From a virus (taxonomy: Duplodnaviria; Heunggongvirae; Uroviricota; Caudoviricetes): DNA of 10,685 nt. Below, piece by piece: positions 7,117 through 10,685 of the stretch. Every line of letters starts with the position of its first letter. Position 1 is the first letter of the stretch. The notes beneath the pieces were generated by a model. That model had not been told where the DNA came from and searched no databases. It worked only from the letters and a program-made list of their open reading frames with translations. Location: the IMG/VR virus record IMGVR_UViG_2690316109_000013, positions 1 to 10,685 of that record; one strand, 5' to 3'. The position numbers and the translations under genes were made by a program.

Positions 7117-7199
7117 TGAACACCAAAAGGCAGATAGAGAAAGCCCCAGTTAACATTACGCGTCCTGTAAGACGCTCAACATTAATCTGAGGCATATGG

Positions 7200-8324
7200 A
7201 TGCGGATGAAAGAATTAAATAAATTCAGAGTGATAGACCTCTTTTGTGGGGCAGGTGGATTATCTTATGGTTTTCTTCATGGAGAGATGTCTGACTACTT
7301 TGAAAGTATCCTTGCTATTGATAATAATGCTGCAGCTATAAATACCTACAATGCCAATTTTGGTTTGCATGGAGTTCAGGCAAATATTGAGGAGTGGGCA
7401 TCCAGCAATACTGTTCCTGAGGCTGATGTGGTCATAGGTGGCCCCCCGTGTCAGGGATTCAGTTTATTGAATAAGAATCGTTATGGTGATCACCGAAGAG
7501 CATTGTGGGAGCCTTATATGGATGTCATTGAGCGTTCAAGGGCTTGTATGTTCGTCATGGAAAATGTCCCCGGATTGCTGATAAGCGATGAGTTTGCGGA
7601 CATTACGTTTAGAGCGAAATCCATGGGCTTTATTCTGCTTAATCCAATGGTGTTGAATACTGCTGACTATGGAGTACCTCAGACAAGAAAACGAACGATA
7701 GCAATCGGTATCAAACGAGAACTCTTCGATGTGCATAGTATTCCGGCGTTCCCGCCAGCACCAACGCATCGTTCCCCTGATAAGGATGTCGCTTTGCCTG
7801 AATGGGTCTGTACGCGTGATGCAATTGGTGACTTACCTGCTCCTGTTGGAACTGATATTCGTAATGAACTTCCTCCGCTGAACTTACATTTTGGGCGTAA
7901 TCCCACACCTGTTTCTCTGGAGCGATATAAAGCGGTTCCACCAGGAGGTAACCGTTTCGATTTACAGAAAAAAAGACCTGATATAACCCCGGCGTGCTGG
8001 CTAAAAAAGAAATCTGGAGGGACCGATTTGTTTGGACGTCTGTGGTGGGACAGACCTTCAGTAACGATTCGTACTGAGTTTTTCAAACCGGAGAAAGGGC
8101 GATATTTACATCCGGAAGAGGATCGGCCAATAACTCATCGTGAGGCAGCGAGATTAATGTCTTTTCCTGATAATTTCATTTTTACCGGTTCAAAAACTGA
8201 GATTGCAAAGCAGATCGGGAATGCTGTTCCACCGCTATTTGCGGCAAAAATCGCACAATATGTGTATGGAGTTTTGCAGGGACGGTATAAGAATAACATC
8301 AGTAAGAATAGTCAAGCAGCCTGA
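7200..8324 (+). CDS. DNA (cytosine-5)-methyltransferase, type II R-M modification subunit (374 aa)
   Basis: C5-MTase motifs: FCGAGGLSYGF (motif I, AdoMet binding), GGPPCQGFS (motif IV, catalytic Cys), VMENVPGL (ENV), QTRKR and C-terminal GNAVPP. TGAGG RBS 7 nt upstream of the ATG at 7200. Confidence 0.9.
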   Translation: MRMKELNKFRVIDLFCGAGGLSYGFLHGEMSDYFESILAIDNNAAAINTYNANFGLHGVQANIEEWASSNTVPEADVVIGGPPCQGFSLLNKNRYGDHRRALWEPYMDVIERSRACMFVMENVPGLLISDEFADITFRAKSMGFILLNPMVLNTADYGVPQTRKRTIAIGIKRELFDVHSIPAFPPAPTHRSPDKDVALPEWVCTRDAIGDLPAPVGTDIRNELPPLNLHFGRNPTPVSLERYKAVPPGGNRFDLQKKRPDITPACWLKKKSGGTDLFGRLWWDRPSVTIRTEFFKPEKGRYLHPEEDRPITHREAARLMSFPDNFIFTGSKTEIAKQIGNAVPPLFAAKIAQYVYGVLQGRYKNNISKNSQAA

Positions 8325-8337
8325 AGGAAATCCAGAA

Positions 8338-9216
8338 ATGAATGGAGATTTGGTTGACAGCATAGTTGGTTTTGCTGAAGCCAGAAAGGAGTTTCATGCC
8401 CAATTGTTACTGAATACGCTCACAATTAATACTGCCGGAGTTGTTAGTAACGCAGATAGCAGTAACAAAAACAGTAAAGCTATAGCAAGAGAAATTGCTC
8501 GCTTCTTGCAGGCTGAAACGATTGGTGAACGTGTTGCAGGGCAAACATCTGGTAATCAGTTTGAGAGTATCTGCGCAGAGTTTATAGAAAAAACCTTTTT
8601 TAAACTCAGCCACTTACGCCCTGGAAAATGGAATGTACATCAGGTTTCTGGTAGAAACAGATTAGAGATAGCTAAATATGAACAATATGCCCATCTTATA
8701 GCATTGGATAGTGCTGCAAAAAGTAATCCTCAGCTAGCTGCTGCACTGGGGAGTGATTATACGATTTCACCAGATATTATTGTTGAAAGAGAACCTGAAT
8801 GTGATCAAGTTATCAACAGTCCTGAATTACTGGTGGATGATTCTGTTACCCGCATGTCAGCTCTCAGGAGTTCGAATGGTGGGAAACCAATATTACACGC
8901 AAGTATTTCCTGCAAATGGACAATAAGAAGCGACCGGGCCCAGAATGCTCGTTCTGAGGCATTAAATCTTATTCGCAACCGTAAGGGAAATCTCCCTCAT
9001 GTAATGGTTGTTACTGCTGAGCCTACTCCAAGTCGTCTGGCGTCTATTGCTCTTGGTACTGGTGATATAGATTGCGTGTATCATTTTGCGCTTTATGAAC
9101 TTATATCAGCAGTTGAAATACTGGGGCTCAGCGATGCAGCTGACATGCTTTCCGTGATGGTTAATGGTAAAAGATTAAAGGATATTTCTGATCTTCCCTT
9201 GGATCTTGCAGTCTGA
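8338..9216 (+). CDS. Type II restriction endonuclease, NgoMIV/Cfr10I family (292 aa); predicted CCGG-core target, probably GCCGGC
   Basis: ATG at 8338 lies 13 nt after the MTase stop, with AAGGA 9 nt upstream. Catalytic-motif candidates SPDIIV (D146), SCK (K193) and ARSE (E207) have the D-to-K (47) and K-to-E (14) spacing that I recall for NgoMIV D140/K187/E201. The track ORF 8203-9216 extends upstream into the MTase gene in another frame. Confidence 0.8.
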   Translation: MNGDLVDSIVGFAEARKEFHAQLLLNTLTINTAGVVSNADSSNKNSKAIAREIARFLQAETIGERVAGQTSGNQFESICAEFIEKTFFKLSHLRPGKWNVHQVSGRNRLEIAKYEQYAHLIALDSAAKSNPQLAAALGSDYTISPDIIVEREPECDQVINSPELLVDDSVTRMSALRSSNGGKPILHASISCKWTIRSDRAQNARSEALNLIRNRKGNLPHVMVVTAEPTPSRLASIALGTGDIDCVYHFALYELISAVEILGLSDAADMLSVMVNGKRLKDISDLPLDLAV

Positions 9217-9288
9217 CATCTCTACGTAAATAGAGTCTGTCATATTTTAACTGTGATGGCACGTCATTGACTTCAGTACATTTTTACT

Positions 9289-9316
9289 AACCCGCTTCGC
9301 GGGTTTTGTTTTTTCC
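9289..9316 (+). terminator. Rho-independent terminator closing the R-M cassette
   Basis: aacccgc-ttc-gcgggtt GC-rich stem followed by the T-tract ttgtttttt (9304-9316); located about 70 bp after the endonuclease stop. Confidence 0.7.
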
Positions 9317-9386
9317 TGGCATTCTGGTTTACAATCCACACGCCAGCCTGAACAACTGGCACCTGCTGCGCCAGCAGAGACAACCG

Positions 9387-9659
9387 ATGGCGCACAATAC
9401 CAAACACCACAATTCTGATGCCGACCCTGCCAGCAGACACGGACGGCGCTCTCACGCATTCAAATATGACTGGTACCAGCATGACCAATGCACTGAAGAA
9501 CAGGCCGAGTGGCTGATTCAGAATTACCGCAGACGTGGATACCAGTTTCAGAAAGGCCTCAGTCCTGACTTCCGACACTGGATAATTTCCGTCAGGCTCC
9601 CTTATTCCGAACGCCCGCCGCGTCCGTCCCGCACATATCAGCAACGCATCTGGAGGTAA
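9387..9659 (+). CDS. Hypothetical small basic protein (91 aa from the ATG at 9387)
   Basis: The track ORF 9306-9659 begins at a TTG inside the terminator T-tract; the in-frame ATG at 9387 is more plausible but has a weak RBS. Product not recognised. Confidence 0.3.
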   Translation: MAHNTKHHNSDADPASRHGRRSHAFKYDWYQHDQCTEEQAEWLIQNYRRRGYQFQKGLSPDFRHWIISVRLPYSERPPRPSRTYQQRIWR

Positions 9660-9732
9660 CGTGCGGGTATTACTTCGACCTGTTCTGGTACCGGAACTCA
9701 GTCTGGTTATCGTTAAGCCAGGCCGTGAATCA

Positions 9733-10685
9733 ATGTCAGTATTCCATAACGGCAGAATATTGGTGGAACCGGAACCCAAAAACATGCGCAGTCTTCCGTC
9801 CGGCGTCGTTGCAGCCGTTAGCCAGCCGTTGGCTGAGGATAAAACATTACTACCATTTTTCAGCGATGAGCGGGTAATTCGTGCAGCAGGTGGTGCAGGT
9901 GCACTGTCTGACTGGTTATTACGTCACGTGAAATCCTGCCAGTGGCCACACGGCGATTATCATCACAGCGAAACAGTCATTCACCGTTACGGTACCGGCG
10001 CGATGGTGTTGTGCTGGCACTGTGACAACCAGCTGCGCGACCAGACATCAGAATCACTCGATCAACTTGCTCAGCAGAATCTGGTTGCCTGGATGATTGA
10101 CGTCATCCGTCACGCAATAAGCGGCACGCAGGAGAGGGAGTTATCGCTGGCCGAATTATCCTGGTGGGCGGCCTGCAATCAGGTGGTGGATGCACTACCT
10201 GAGGCAGTAGCGCGTCGTTCTCTGGGATTACCGGCGGAAAAAATCCGCTCCGTATACCGTGAAAGCGACATCATACCGGGAGAACAGACCGCCACCAGCA
10301 TACTGAAGCAGCGCACAAAAAATATTGCGCTACCGCCTCACACCCACCAGCAACAGAACCCACCACAGGAAAAGACGGTGGTCAGCATTGCCGTTGATCC
10401 GGAGTCTCCGGAATCCTTCATGAAACGACCTAAACGTCGCCGCTGGGTAAATGAGAAATACACACGCTGGGTAAAGACACAGCCGTGTGCGTGTTGTGGT
10501 AAGCCAGCGGACGATCCTCATCATCTGATTGGTCATGGTCAGGGTGGAATGGGAACAAAATCCCACGATATTTTCACGCTACCGCTGTGTCGGGAGCATC
10601 ACAACGAGCTTCATGCGGATCCGCTGGCGTTCGAAGAAAAGCATGGTTCCCAGGTTGATTTAATTTTTCGTTTTCTTGATCACGC
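9733..10685 (+). CDS. DUF968 / YdfU-like nin-region protein with C-terminal HNH-like Cys/His motif; 3' end lies beyond the window
   Basis: Hand-translated open frame, absent from the ORF track because no stop is reached. ATG at 9733 (MSVFHNGRIL...), GTG alternative at 9661. C-terminal CACCGKPADDPHHLIGHGQGGMGTKSHDIFTLPLCREHHNELH resembles a zinc-binding HNH nuclease motif. Confidence 0.65.
   Translation, partial: MSVFHNGRILVEPEPKNMRSLPSGVVAAVSQPLAEDKTLLPFFSDERVIRAAGGAGALSDWLLRHVKSCQWPHGDYHHSETVIHRYGTGAMVLCWHCDNQLRDQTSESLDQLAQQNLVAWMIDVIRHAISGTQERELSLAELSWWAACNQVVDALPEAVARRSLGLPAEKIRSVYRESDIIPGEQTATSILKQRTKNIALPPHTHQQQNPPQEKTVVSIAVDPESPESFMKRPKRRRWVNEKYTRWVKTQPCACCGKPADDPHHLIGHGQGGMGTKSHDIFTLPLCREHHNELHADPLAFEEKHGSQVDLIFRFLDH

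Noticed and set aside
7536-8086. Three minus-strand ORFs (76-135 aa) inside the methyltransferase gene
   Set aside because: Entirely antisense to a gene with the full set of C5-MTase motifs; no RBS and implausible composition.
8203-8337. Upstream extension of the endonuclease ORF to 8203
   Set aside because: It would overlap the last 120 nt of the MTase gene in another frame and has no RBS; the ATG at 8338 follows the MTase stop and has AAGGA upstream.
9273-9785. Minus-strand ORF (170 aa) across the terminator and the start of the DUF968 gene
   Set aside because: Runs through a strong plus-strand terminator and antisense to the DUF968 gene start; composition not protein-like.
1-10685. CRISPR arrays, tRNA or rRNA genes, transposase or integrase
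   Set aside because: No spaced direct-repeat array, no cloverleaf-like tRNA candidate and no transposase or integrase motifs were seen on either strand. The only repeats found are the operator half-sites and the iterons.

Overview
This window looks like the early (immunity and replication) region of a Rac-type lambdoid prophage from an Enterobacteriaceae host, with an accessory cargo block inserted between the replication genes and the nin-like genes. Left to right: an AT-rich leftward region with a partial minus-strand gene and uncertain small ORFs (1-700); an apparently non-coding, hairpin-rich stretch (700-1060); three small leftward genes with good RBSs (1065-1679); a RacR-like repressor (1917-2393, minus) flanked by mirrored -35/operator elements for divergent pL-like and PR-like promoters; then rightward YdaS-like, YdaT-like, an O-like replication initiator (YdaU-like) with internal iteron repeats, a DnaC-like helicase loader (YdaV-like) and two proteins built from a repeated winged-helix-like module, the second with a Ren-like C-terminus. 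The cargo block is a DUF208/QueH-like gene split across two reading frames (6375-7021) and a complete type II restriction-modification pair: a C5-cytosine methyltransferase (7200-8324) and an NgoMIV-family endonuclease (8338-9216), closed by a strong intrinsic terminator (9289-9316). A DUF968/YdfU-like gene with an HNH-like Cys/His motif runs off the right edge. No tRNA, rRNA, CRISPR array, transposase or integrase was seen. The R-M pair is the only defence system I can support; I found no convincingly novel multi-gene system beyond it. The split QueH-like gene is the most unusual item. All calls rest on reading motifs and on recalled family features, not on searches or computed statistics.
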